DNA from: Lingula anatina
Lineage: Eukaryota > Animalia > Brachiopoda
Direction of reading: 5' to 3'
NCBI GenBank assembly: GCA_051362555.1
Contig: CM120641.1
Span: forward strand, 49,234,401-49,298,400
DNA: 64,000 nucleotides
The translations under genes and the position numbers were made by a program. The notes beneath the pieces are model-generated. The model saw only the letters and a program-made list of their open reading frames with translations. It made no database searches and was not told the origin of the DNA. Below, piece after piece: positions 29,301-37,530 of this stretch (the first letter of the stretch is position 1; every line of letters starts with the position of its first letter).

Positions 29301-30957
29301 TACATCCAGGTTCACTCCTGCACTCAACAACAGAATACCATCTCTGAAAATGAGCACATTTGAAGAACACTGCAATACAGAGACTAGATATAACATACGC
29401 TTCCAAACAAATAGGAACTTGACAAATAATAATATTCTGACCAACAGAGTGTCATAATACACTGACAATCCAGCCGTTCTTACTCTGGCACCTGAAATCC
29501 GTCTGGTCTTACTGTAAAAGCTGTATATCTAGAATCCATCACATCTTACAGTAATAGCTGTATACCTAGAATCCATCATATCTAACAGTAATAGCTGTAT
29601 ACCTAGAATCCATCATATCTTACAGTAATAGCTGTATACCTAGAATCCATCATATCTTACTTTGACAGCTGTATATCTAGAACCCATGTCTGTAATTGGG
29701 GAAGCTGTGTGGCATCTTGGCCCTGCAAAATAGAGGAAATGATAGTAACATTCAAAACTAATTTTTTGTGTTACTCTAGATCTGTTCAAAACACTATTTC
29801 TACAGTGCTATTACTCATTTACAATTACAAACACAACTTGAAAAGCACTCTGAGAGGGCAGACCTCCGCCAAGCCAGCAATTTTTGATTATTATTGATTG
29901 ATAATTGATCCGAATCACCACCAAAAACTAATCATCTGTTCCTTGGTCCACTTCTGACAGTTCATCAAAATCGGTTTATAACTTTTTGAATTATGTTCAT
30001 GACAGACAGAGAGACAGACAAACAAACAGAGGTGAAAACATAACCTTCTTGGTGGAGGTAATAAGGCCGCTTATTCGAAAACATAACCCGAATGCTTTAA
30101 GGGTATAATTTTTAGAAGAAAAAATATTACCCAGATTGTTTCTGCAAGACATTCAGTGACCAGTTTTTCCACTTCACACTGATACAAGAGTTTGTTTTGT
30201 CCTGGGTCACTCAACATCCACTTCTGTAGGTGTGCTTCTGACAGCAGGTAAAAAGATAAGGAGGAAGGGCCCATTTCTTCTCCAAGAAGAAGTTTTTTCA
30301 GTGGCTAGAATATATAAGTAACTGTTATTTTAAAGGATGAAAACTTTTTACATATATCTGATCCCCAACAGCTGATACATTCCAGTATCTTTACCTACAA
30401 TACTGGAAGCTGCTTTGTCCCCCAAACCTAGTGCAGTGAAATCTGCTTTGTCCCCCCAACCCAGTACAGTGAAATCTGCTTTGTCCCCCAAACCTAGTAC
30501 AGTGAAATCTACTTTGTCCCCCAAACCTTGAACACTGAATTCAATTTGCATCCCACAATAATTATGTATCCCACTTATTATCATTTTATTATATTTTCTA
30601 AAAGCCAGGCAACTAGTTAATCCCACTCTACTTACAGCTCCCAGGGCTTGTGCAGTTACAGAACCAAAAATGAAGGATGACATCCTTCTTCCAAATCCAG
30701 CTAACATGCCCTCCGTGCTCTTCAGTGGCACCTTGCTCACTGAATGCTGAAATAAACACAACACTATGGCTATGAACAGAATATTTTATATAACTATTTA
30801 ATAAAAGGTTTACAAAACATTGATCTACTCTCAACAATGTGCTTATCATCCATCTCTTTTTTTTTCTTTCTACTTCCTCACCTCCTATATCACCTTTGGG
30901 AAATCATTAATTCAATCTTTATTATATAAGTATGCCAAAATTTCAAATTTTTTTGTG

Positions 30958-31013
<56 letters not shown>

Positions 31014-34000
31014 TGCATGCATACATGCATGTTAACTTACATGTCCTGGGCGTAGAAGCATCACTGTGCTTGTGGTACTTGTGTCTGTGTATGTGTCTGT
31101 GTGTGTGTGCGTGTGCGTGAGCATGTGCTTGCATGCATGTTAACTTACATGTCCTGGGCGTAGAAGCATCACTGTGCTTGTAGTACTGGCTAGCAGACAG
31201 CCATGGGGCTTACAAATTATAATAAATCAATATTACACATATATTCATCTAATACAGAAGAAATCGATTTCGTGCTTCCTATACAAAATTACAAATATTA
31301 AACACATGTTCATAGTGTATCTTCAAAATTTAATCAAAGACTATTTAATTATTGTTAACTATAATTCAACATTTCACTGAAATTAAGACAACTGTTTTGT
31401 TTTTATCCATTAAATTTTGAAATAATGAAAAAACAAATGACAACTACAATGTACTTATTGTCTGGTGTTTATACTAATTCACATGCCCCTTCTTAAAGGC
31501 AAGAACCCCTGAAACACCATGTTTCTGTTGCATACTTAGGAGCTGCTTGAGGATTGACACTTCAGTCAGCCATGTCTACATGTCAGTGCCACAGAGAGGT
31601 GACCTGACACTTAGTATGCACCATGATAATATGTATGTGTCCTATATTATGTCAAAATGTCAGAATAACACTTCAGTCAGCCATGTCTACATGTCAGTGC
31701 CACAGAGAGGTGACCTGACACTTAGTATGCACCATGATAATATGTATGTGTCCTATATCATGTCATAATGTCAGAATAACACTTCAGTCAGCCATGTCTA
31801 CATGTCAGTGCCACAGAGAGGTGACCTGACACTTAGTATGCACCATGATAATATGTATGTGTCCTATATCATGTCATAATGTCAGAATAACACTTCAGTC
31901 AGCCATGTCTACATGTCAGTGCCACAGAGAGGTGACCTGACACTAAGTATGCACCATGATAATATGTATGTGTCATAATGTCAGAATATGGATCTTGATA
32001 ATGTGTCATATGTCAGCATTTCACAAAGAATTATGATATTATGTGGGTTATATATATCACGTCCACTTGTCAGAATGTGCACCTTGTTAACATATTGGTA
32101 AAAAATACCCTGTCAACTGAAGACCCTTGCATACCTACCATCATATCTATCAGCACGCCAGTCACCTCTCCCTTCAAATCAGCACTTGTCTCTATAAAAG
32201 AACCCTCATGTGCGATGTTTTGCCAGAACCTCACCACCCCCTCTGCTGACACTGCTATACAGGCAGCTAGCTGATCTCCTGTGGGAATTATACACACTCG
32301 GTCTGCTTTATGGACCAGATCACTGGGAGGTAAGGTGAGTTCTTTACACTGTGAACTCTAGAAATAAATACATTTCATTACATATTATACACACACAGTC
32401 TGCTCTATGGACCAGATCACTGGGAGGTAAGGTGAGTTCTTTACACTGTGAACTCTAGAAATAAATACATTCCATTACAAATTTAGTATTTCTTTACAAT
32501 AGCAACAATATAAAAGAAAATGAAACATTAACCAGATTAAGTTTTAGGAATTAAATAATTTATAGCCAGTTCATTATAATGAAGGTCTCTGACAATCTTT
32601 AAATTCTCCTCTTTCCTTATGATACTGGAGGCTTTAAATGCAATTAATACGCAAACAAAAACAGCATGCAAAACACTTCAAAGTGTAACTATGTGTAAAT
32701 ATGCACTCGTCACTCGTCTTGTCTTGTGACTTGATGTGACTCTGACGCCCTCTAATTGTTCCTTTGTCTGTTCCTTTGTCTATGTCCCTTTGTTCTGTCT
32801 TCCCGCGTCTTTGTCATGTGACTTCACATTATAAAAGGCATTGGCGTCGTATTTTCAAATAGTGCTGAAGTTGCTGTTCGTCTGTCTGTTTCTATGTGGT
32901 AAGTTGGATGTCGTCTAGTTAATTCTAGTTATATTTTATCTTGTCTTTTGCGTATCCAACTCCACTATACTATACTATACTGTATTACATCGTTTTCTAC
33001 TCTTTAGTTTTCAGACCAAGCCGTATTGGTATATCCAGCACTCTTTCTAAACGCCCTTGAATAAGATCAGGGTAAGCCGTTATAGCCTTTATAAACCGTA
33101 GTTATCTATATCAAATTTATTATTTCCTTATCATAGAGGTAAACTATAGAATTATAAGTTATTTGTTGTGTGTCATTTTATTTAATTATATGCCACCTTT
33201 ATTACAGGGTGAAAAGTTTAGTTGTAGCAATAAAGTCATTTTACACAACCAGAGAGTCCGTCTGTTACAAAAGTTTGTCCAGATATTACTTATAAAATAA
33301 TAATAAAAACTACCTTTCCAACACTTGTGCCCTTAAATCTCCAGACAAACAACCTTCTTCCATGGACAAGCCATGTCCATCCTGACGGCTCTATCTTCAC
33401 AGAAATATCCGCTGAACCTACAGGAAGACAACAATCCTCAAGTAGTGCTGGCATAGACCTCATGAGACTGTGTGTAAGTCAAACATTGATAACGATATCT
33501 CTGAAACAGGATCCCAATTCAAGAGGAAAAGAAAAAGGGTGTTTTCGAACCTTACAGATGAAGAAGAGGATATCATGGTGGGATTGTTCAAAAAGGATCC
33601 AGAGATGTTCAACAAGAAAATGTCACTACATGTCAAAAAAAAAAAAAAAAGAATTCCTGTAGCAGGAGCAGGCTAACCAAAAGAGAAAATTAAAACCACA
33701 CACTACTGAAAATGCTGTATAAAAACTCCTATACATTTTGTTAAGCTTATGAAGAAACCAACCATGAACTGAAAGACAGCTCTGTGTAAAGGGGGCCTTA
33801 TGGCCAGTTAGAATCAAGAGTTCAGTGACAGACATTAATGATTTTATGTAAACTACCTACGGTCAGTTAGGATATAGGTTTAGTCAGTAGTGAATGGTAT
33901 AGAGAGAAAAGTATTTATGCACAGCTTGAAATAGGTTTAGTCAGTAGTGAATGGTATATAGAGAAAAGTATTTATGAACAGCTTGAATCAAGGTTTTATA

Positions 34001-34468
34001 CAACGGCATAAGGAGAACAGTACTCACGGTCTGCGAGGGTCAGGGTCTCTGTGACCAGCACTGGAAGTGAAGTGCCGTAACTCTCCACGCAGTGTTGTGC
34101 CGTTTCTTCCACCACTTGGGAGGTCTGCAGTTTACGACTGGATCCATGCCTGGAAGACAGGGAAGAGATGGAAAAGCTTCAGAGACTAGGATTTATTCAC
34201 TTACTGATTTTTAAATGTTTTATTACCAGCGCCATATATTATAATAAGAAGTCATCGCAAAGCAAATACTTCGCCGTCTACTCTTCAGACTACACCGGTC
34301 CTCGGTATATCATGAATTTTAGACTTACCTGGTGCTATAAGGCGTTTTTCTTTGTGGGGTGAATAAACTGACACTGCGCCTCCCTTGTGTTGCTGATTTA
34401 GAGCTTCTTCCACCACCAAAGGGGGAGAATGGAGTTCCCTTTCCTCCTGCTTGTGGAGTGTACATCAT
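1864..34468 (-). CDS. NUP133: Nuclear pore complex protein Nup133, complete 32-exon gene
   Basis: GT-AG exons, 5' to 3': 34329-34468, 34028-34149, 33314-33417, 32139-32357, 31149-31208, 30636-30746, 30131-30304, 29661-29722, 29276-29343, 28559-28638, 23396-23498, 22899-22967, 22636-22726, 15769-15814, 13965-14069, 13492-13651, 12663-12772, 11989-12095, 11502-11604, 9604-9723, 9125-9268, 7845-8058, 7400-7533, 7019-7058, 5175-5299, 4518-4577, 4080-4155, 3680-3741, 3344-3481, 2842-2909, 2343-2428, 1864-2000. Phases are consistent and the total is 3438 nt. Recognisable Nup133 motifs: [106 protein letters not shown]. Confidence 0.95.
3160..3381. repeat. 56-bp x4 tandem repeat spanning the Nup133 exon 29 donor
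   Basis: Donor 'ac' (minus-strand GT) recurs at 3174, 3230, 3286 and 3342. The unit includes ~37 nt of exon end (KKALxLLSYIDK). Confidence 0.9.
3925..4101. repeat. 62-bp x3 repeat spanning the Nup133 exon 27 donor
   Basis: 'accttccatagcatcctgtatttt' at 3954, 4016 and 4078. Confidence 0.9.
4703..5200. repeat. 45-bp x11 repeat spanning the Nup133 exon 25 donor
   Basis: Unit taccagaggcagtacctgcataaactctcctgtgttaatcttata. It reads [15 protein letters not shown] in the Nup133 frame (ORF 4698-5315). Confidence 0.95.
5485..5529. repeat. (AAT)n microsatellite
   Basis: Direct reading. Confidence 0.9.
6141..6613. repeat. 53-bp x~8 intronic minisatellite with a higher-order duplication
   Basis: Unit gaagcctaggttgtcaggttaaaactctaacaactctccatagaagaggacat. 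The leader 'gaagataaaagagtcaaaggtgaa' recurs at ~6141 and ~6375. Confidence 0.9.
6735..6990. repeat. 19/21-bp intronic minisatellite ending ~28 nt from the exon 24 donor
   Basis: gactacagcaggactgt(gt)aa repeated about 12 times. Confidence 0.9.
7200..7421. repeat. ~33-bp x6-7 degenerate repeat spanning the Nup133 exon 23 donor
   Basis: Unit gtgaaagcatacctgattcccataccatgtcat; true donor at 7398-7399. Confidence 0.85.
7506..7627. repeat. 60-bp duplication of the Nup133 exon 23 acceptor
   Basis: 'gtcatactgctccaactttactaaagagaaaata.gtcatctcatactctcag' occurs twice, 60 bp apart. Confidence 0.9.
8033..8545. repeat. 66-bp x8 repeat spanning the Nup133 exon 22 acceptor
   Basis: 'gcatgttccacagtcaactggtgctgtgaa' every 66 bp from 8036 to 8498. 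Confidence 0.93.
8657..9104. repeat. 44-bp x10 intronic minisatellite ending ~20 nt from the exon 21 donor
   Basis: Unit caaactgacaattgttatctatgctaatagtaatagcaacagaa. Confidence 0.93.
9232..9490. repeat. 65-bp x4 repeat spanning the Nup133 exon 21 acceptor
   Basis: Acceptor 'ct' at 9269, 9334, 9399 and 9464, each with the exon start ([12 protein letters not shown]). Confidence 0.92.
9563..9631. repeat. ~38-bp duplication of the Nup133 exon 20 donor
   Basis: 'tacct.tattattgtattgacagctaagat' at 9563 and 9601. Confidence 0.8.
9960..11480. repeat. 46-bp x~33 highly homogeneous minisatellite ending ~20 nt from the exon 19 donor
   Basis: Unit atctatcctcatgtcacccccagggaaaggtttaccagttagaggc. Confidence 0.96.
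12039..12509. repeat. 94-bp x5 repeat spanning the Nup133 exon 18 acceptor
   Basis: 'ttcacacagca...cccagctgaaattac' at 12039, 12133, 12227, 12321 and 12415. Confidence 0.93.
12911..13505. repeat. 43-bp x14 repeat spanning the Nup133 exon 16 donor
   Basis: Unit cagtgccttaccttgtggcatagctctaacattacaaggataa. On the minus strand every copy carries AAG|gtaagg. Confidence 0.95.
14553..15591. repeat. 40-bp x~26 intronic minisatellite
   Basis: Unit gcacattgatgtaggcaattggtttacatgtacacctaca, with only 2 variable positions. Confidence 0.96.
16071..22502 (+). mobile_element. Full-length Bel/Pao LTR retrotransposon in Nup133 intron 13, antisense to host
   Basis: 466-bp LTRs at 16071-16536 and 22037-22502 (TGTTG...CAACA), identical by eye. 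5-bp TSD GCAAG at 16066-16070 and 22503-22507. PPT aaagtgggag at 22027-22036. Single uninterrupted gag-pol ORF. Confidence 0.97.
16612..21717 (+). CDS. Bel/Pao Gag-Pol polyprotein (1701 aa)
   Basis: Three Gag Cys/His knuckles ([42 protein letters not shown]), protease [21 protein letters not shown] and FYVDD, RNase [11 protein letters not shown] and TIPRLEL, integrase HHCC plus GIDIFGP, SDNATNF, GGIWERM. Confidence 0.97.
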   Translation: MSESKDQEIEKLRLARRARKGAVTRVIGVIERAIAADEPKTVDANVSKLKEVFTSFENCHDAYHSLLETDSDIETSEAWFSQVQDSYIRGIGAGVTYMKSLKPESESEQLSEQKLINLLSLPKAEIDTFSGNPSDFYSFCAVFDETIDSKIDDKSVKLTRLLQYTSGAAKDAIKNCVLIGESGYDKAREILKARFGNDHLVAQRIINDLKSGKNVNTPDELQKLADDLQVASVTLEKLDMLSEVENQKTILDIVKRCRVKIVDKWRHKALKIKSVEKRYPTFSQFVDFVSQQATEANDPVYGDSPVYHPGRKSSSTFTYTAQGPIDPPFEPPVQRDLPPCVVCHQPHDLFHCEVFKAKSVQARFDIIKQNRLCHNCFSAGHFAKDCRKNTVCTVPGCGRKHSKFIHFGQSEKSSSKTASNGISDTVTNASVHSNSNHVNLPIVSVRVNGHVIASALLDNGSTSTFISERLANELSLKHSQSLNYQMNTLSCSQSTKSHVVSFQVSPVHDLNVSYCLSNVLVIPQIRVRANSRVNTDAYPYLKDIPFSNTGSGHADIIIGMDNAHLIMPLETRCDESGNLKLYASRSRLGWTLNGPLNEKLASDISVNFLSVEENIENLWRLENESAVSFSQEDGEVLALWESTVSEENGHYVLPIPWKTGCPKFPYNKNVAINRLHSLERKLEKDGLYEKYHDNILDLISDSYVEKVPDDEIDLRDGTVWYIPHRHVLNPSKPEKLRVVYDCACKCQGVSLNSQTKQGPDFINKLLGILLRFRQHKYAIMADIKAMYYQVMVPECDRNSLRFLWRDGENLVHYRMRVHLFGGKWSGSASCYALIRTVKDHEVTELIRNTVLKSFYVDDLLKSVKTRKEAREVIEGTKRAVSRGGFDLTQFVVNDFELNKAIPVDDRAKEVKELAFDSHAKALGIKWEVMPDYFYYIFRLKESAIVTKRIILSTVASMYDPLGLISPVITRGKMIFQKVTRLREGWDTPVPGDLSLEWQRWIESLKDLHTLHFPRCVISETSYASEVHIFCDASEKAYGACAYLRSVCSDGKIRIALLVAKSRLAPLKQVTIPRLELTACVVAVDLDRLIREEMDVPLLPTTFWSDSEVALAYIANETTRFKTFVANRVSYIRQNTSVQQWRRIPGKSNPADILSRGSNVDEMPENWMKGPAFLSEFRSKWSCPKSSRDISNDLEIHTCIVSEQLEKAVSERDVSPLQKLWNHYSSFYKLCKAVAWLLRFKRHLRGKDIIKTNVTASELKEAEDSIFRAVQSEVFFREIQSLSESGVISRSSAIYKLSPIVKDGILVVGGRLIHSSLACKQPPILPRSHKICSSIIRDFHGGAHMGTEWTHSIVRRKYWIVDGRNLVKKIVKNCVICKKLYALPMSQKMADLPEDRCSAGGPPFDIVGIDIFGPLVVKVGRSDVKRFGCIFTCFKTRALHIEVLENLSTDAFLNGFFRFVARKGCPSKLYSDNATNFIGAQSELARSLRQLDKSKILRETRRRDVEWNFNPPHASHHGGIWERMIRTVRKILTALLSNVSTKSLSDWVLQTILCECESIINGRPMTKVSTDSNDCDALTPNHLLLLRNNPSLPWGDFEIADAYRRLWRHCQFLVSQFWKRWTREYLSLLQSRPKWREIKRNLKRGDLVLIVDASMPRGSWPLAVVENVKIGRDSLVRSATVRTKSSRYNRPITKLVFLEGDC
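23337..23367. repeat. (ATT)n microsatellite
   Basis: Direct reading. Confidence 0.85.
23562..24643. mobile_element. Non-autonomous TIR DNA transposon (hAT/P-like termini)
   Basis: 17-bp TIR cagactttacgaaaggc...gcctttcgtaaagtctg. Flanking direct repeat ctacct on both sides. Subterminal tcggtc(c/t)gac repeats. No transposase ORF. Confidence 0.8.
24765..28005. mobile_element. Non-autonomous Tc1/mariner-pogo-type element, 3.2 kb
   Basis: TA|cggtaaagtgccatgaatttcgaac...gttcgaaattcatggcacattaccg|TA (TA TSD), with subterminal catgaatttcg repeats at both ends. Confidence 0.85.
28099..28569. repeat. 31-bp x15 repeat spanning the Nup133 exon 10 donor
   Basis: Unit atatctatgtgtacactatatattacctgat (minus strand CAG|gtaata). 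Donors run from 28123 to 28557. Confidence 0.94.
28868..29301. repeat. 33-bp x13 repeat spanning the Nup133 exon 9 donor
   Basis: Unit acacttacctagagcatagtgtatttgaggaat. It reads [11 protein letters not shown] in frame (ORF 28785-29468). Confidence 0.95.
29507..29688. repeat. 37-bp x5 repeat spanning the Nup133 exon 8 donor
   Basis: Donor 'ac' at 29511, 29548, 29585, 29622 and 29659, each followed by agctgtata.ctagaa.ccat. Confidence 0.85.
29853..30064. mobile_element. Short Helentron/HINE (DINE-1-like) non-autonomous element fragment
   Basis: acctccgccaag (~29861) is inverted against cttggtggaggt (~30048), with a GACA microsatellite and a 3' end 'aaaacataaccttcttggtggaggtaataa'. Confidence 0.55.
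30411..30528. repeat. 33-bp x~4 intronic repeat
   Basis: Unit tgctttgtcccccaaacctagtacagtgaaatc. Confidence 0.85.
30961..31190. repeat. (GT)n microsatellite plus 108-bp duplication of the Nup133 exon 5 donor
   Basis: 'gcatgttaacttacatgtcctgggcgtagaagcatcactgtgcttgt' occurs twice (donors 31039 and 31147). Confidence 0.9.
31557..31988. repeat. 111-bp x4 intronic tandem repeat
   Basis: 'acacttcagtcagccatgtctaca' at 31557, 31668, 31779 and 31890. Confidence 0.92.
32301..32480. repeat. 97-bp duplication of the Nup133 exon 4 acceptor
   Basis: 'gtctgct.tatggaccagatcactgggaggtaaggtgagttctttacactgtgaactctagaaataaatacatt' occurs twice. Confidence 0.9.
32684..33269 (+). mobile_element. Solo LTR (Gypsy-like, 586 bp) in Nup133 intron 3
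   Basis: TGTAAC...GTTACA termini, 4-bp TSD AAAG on both sides, TATAAAA at ~32830 and AATAAA at ~33229. Confidence 0.75.
33470..33680 (+). pseudogene. Degraded MADF/Myb-SANT-like coding fragment (possibly Harbinger-derived)
   Basis: [24 protein letters not shown], then after an A-run frameshift KEFL*QEQA (TAG where the conserved W is expected). This resembles a MADF N-terminus. Confidence 0.4.
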
Positions 34469-34714
34469 AAAGGACTTTCCTTTCGCGGCACGGCGCGAGC
34501 CGGTGCACATGCGCTGAACCAGTCGCTTAGATCAACTTAAAAACTGCAGTATTATTGGAATTTAATTAAGCTAATTTATGTCAAGACAATTGCTCTGCAA
34601 TATCATATCATTTAAGCATAAAGCTTCATTTTTACAACACAATGCGTTGATATATAAAACTTTTGTCCAACTTATTATTTCTACTTTTACGTTGTTTTAA
34701 GCCTATGTTTCGAT
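34469..34714. promoter_or_regulatory. Putative bidirectional promoter between Nup133 and ZNRD2
   Basis: Divergent start codons are only ~250 bp apart, with a CpG-containing patch at 34484-34530. Confidence 0.6.
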
Positions 34715-36722
34715 ATGTCCTCTGGTGAGTAGCGCTTGTTGAGACCCAGGATACAGGTCACTTTTGCTCGTGTGAAAGTCTGTTTCATCATATTAATTAC
34801 GGTACATCAAGTCTGCTGTTTGCTCCCCCCCCCCCCTTAAACTGTCACTTGATTTTGAAAATAATATTAAGAAAGCAAGGATTGCATTCGTTGGCCTCAT
34901 CATTGACAGTGTTACACTGTTCAGTTGAACTACCCTCGTGTTAAACACCGGCCGGCTAAACACCACGCTTTAAAACTCGGACCCTACGCGTTGGTATATT
35001 TCTCTAATGATAAGTTTAAGAATTGGCATATATATAAGAACTGAATCTTCTCATGGAATTTCAGTGCTGCATATTTGACCGTCATCCGTTTTCTTAATAT
35101 GATGGCTATGAGTGGCAGCCCCCAATTAAGAGAAGAGAAAACTATTCTCTTTCATGTACCGTATCATTGATAATCATGTAAATACTATTTTTGTATGTTT
35201 ATCAGAGTCTACATTGATAATGTAAAGACTATTTTGTTTTAATCACTTCAGATGATGACTATGAGTGGCAGCTCCACATTAAGAGTGGAGAAAACTATTC
35301 TCTTTCATGTACTGTATCATTGATAATCGTGTAAAGACTTTTTGTGTTTTTATCACTTCAGATGATGACTATGAGTGGCAGCCCCCAAGTGAGGCAGAAA
35401 TGAAGTTAATCCAAGCCAGAAGAGAACGCTCTGACAAGATCAGTAAAATAATGGGAGACTATCTTCTCAAGGGATATAAGATGCTGGGCTCTTCATGTGA
35501 ACTTTGTGGTGTGAGTTGTCATAGAGCAAGTTATATTTATATTAAACTTTTATTTATTGCATAAAAGATGGTGATGAAAATGTTTACATTTTTTATTGGA
35601 TTTTATAGATGCATTTATATGTGTTTTTGCTAATTTGCTATGTGAAAATTATTTTCTTTAGAAGCAGTACAATTTCTGAGCGTATGTGTATTTACAGACT
35701 TCTGTCTTTGACTGTCTTTGTGATCACCACTTCTAGTGGTAACAAAATGTCAGGCAACAATGACATAGTCACAAGTGTCTATATATTGTATACCAAGTAT
35801 TTTATTAATTATGTACAGACAACTTTAACACTCAAGGCTTATGTTCCGCATACGATTTTGTAATATTAATAATATACAAACTGTTTTACTACATGCCCCC
35901 AAAGATGTCAAACCAGCTACTTGGTATGTTATATAGCCTAAAGTACTGTATAACTGTGTATTTCAATTTACAGACCATTTTACTGCGTGATCGCCAGTCT
36001 CAGGATTATTGTGTTGGCTGCAATGATCTGGAGTCAGATACTGACAAGGATAACCCAGGTGAGTGAAGACACATTTCTCTGGGTTAATGACACATATGGC
36101 TTTGCTATACTTATTCTTGGATTTAATTTATTTCATAACTTTATATACCTGGTTGTTGGATAGAAATTCTATGGGCTTAGTTTAACAAAGAAAATTGGCA
36201 TTGCTGTCTACAGATATATTCTGGTTGATTAATTTTTTTCTTCAGTCAAGAGATGTGCATTCTCTTTCACTAGCATCACACAGTCTGTATAAAATGAATT
36301 TTTTTTTGTTTTCAGCCGTGAACACAGAGGCAGCTAGGTCTCATGAGAGAGAGTATGGATTGTTTCCCAGATCACACCTACCGCAATCCTCCAGTGACAG
36401 CCCTATGGAGGCAGCTGCTCCTCTCACTGCTCCAGTCTCTGTCAGTGTTCTCTCACAGACACAGCAGGTGGCTGGTCTGTCTGGTGTTAACTGTCAACCT
36501 GGAGATAGTAGAAGGGAAGTCTCCAGTGGACTCATTGCTCAAACTGCTAACACTGTGGTTGATGCCCCCTTGGCAGTAGTGTGTGATAAACTGGCCTGGG
36601 CCACAGATCAACTGAAAACATGTCAGTGTATAGAAACCAGCATCCATTTGTGTAGCTTGATCAAGACTTGTGCTGACACTATAGCAAGCCTTAAGTCTTT
36701 ACAAAATAATCAGCTTTCTTGA
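34715..36722 (+). CDS. ZNRD2: ZNRD2 / SSSCA1 (Sjogren syndrome/scleroderma autoantigen 1 homolog), 4 exons, ~216 aa
   Basis: Exons 34715-34724 (ATGTCCTCTG|gtgagt), 35362-35510, 35974-36058, 36316-36722. Motifs WQPPSEAEMKLIQARRERSDKISKIMGDYLLKGYKMLGSSCELCGTILLRD...YCVGC...DTDKDNPA and C-terminal KLAWATDQL...LCSLIKTCA. Confidence 0.92.
35098..35388. repeat. 3 diverged copies of a unit spanning the ZNRD2 exon 2 acceptor
   Basis: 'gat(g)actatgagtggcagc' at ~35101, 35254 and 35365. Copies 2 and 3 both carry atcacttcag|atgatgac, 110 bp apart. Confidence 0.85.
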
Positions 36723-37530
36723 TAAAGAGCACCAGGATATTTGTAGACACTTCTTCACTTATGTTAACTTGACTCCATTGAGAGGAGACAATACTGCCTT
36801 ATATACACAGATTGAAATATTTGCAGTGCAACTATGTCTACTCTGCTCCATTTAGAGGAGATAATAAAACCAGATATGTACATTTTGGGATATTTTCAGT
36901 GCAAGTATGTGGAATATTTACATGTTAAATATCAGGATTATGATTGGGGAACCGATAAAAGTTTTTACCTTTGTCGTGTGTTGTGCCTAACACAAAGGCC
37001 AACAATCTTTTTAGAAACTCATTTTGTCACACTTTCTTTTTGAGTCATCATGATCACACAGAACATTTCTTTTTCATTTCAGTAGTGTTTAACTGTATAT
37101 TTTGAAAAGCATTGAAAAAATCTTAGCATTTCCCCCCAAAAACTGTTTAAGCCAAAATGTAATATTAATGATTTATTTCTCTCTATAGATCAATAAATGT
37201 GTTAGCAGTGATGGAGTATTTTGTCTTAGCTCTAGACTTGTTGCACTGTTGTATTAGAGATTGTGTGATAGCCACTGTTAAATTAAGGGTGAAAAATGAT
37301 ACTGAGAAAACTATCAAAAAAGGTTTCACTTTTTGTTCCCATAACCAGTAGTATACCCCCAGGCTTTGCCAGAATTGACTTATACTTCAAGGATTTTTAA
37401 ATGTGTGTTTGTGTATTATCTTTACTTTATCTGAAGGTTCTCTGTGGTAAAGTGCAGGTCAGGCTGTGAAAAATTTGGACAAACTTTAATATATGCTGCT
37501 TGCTACAGCTAATCTATTATACCCAACAGA

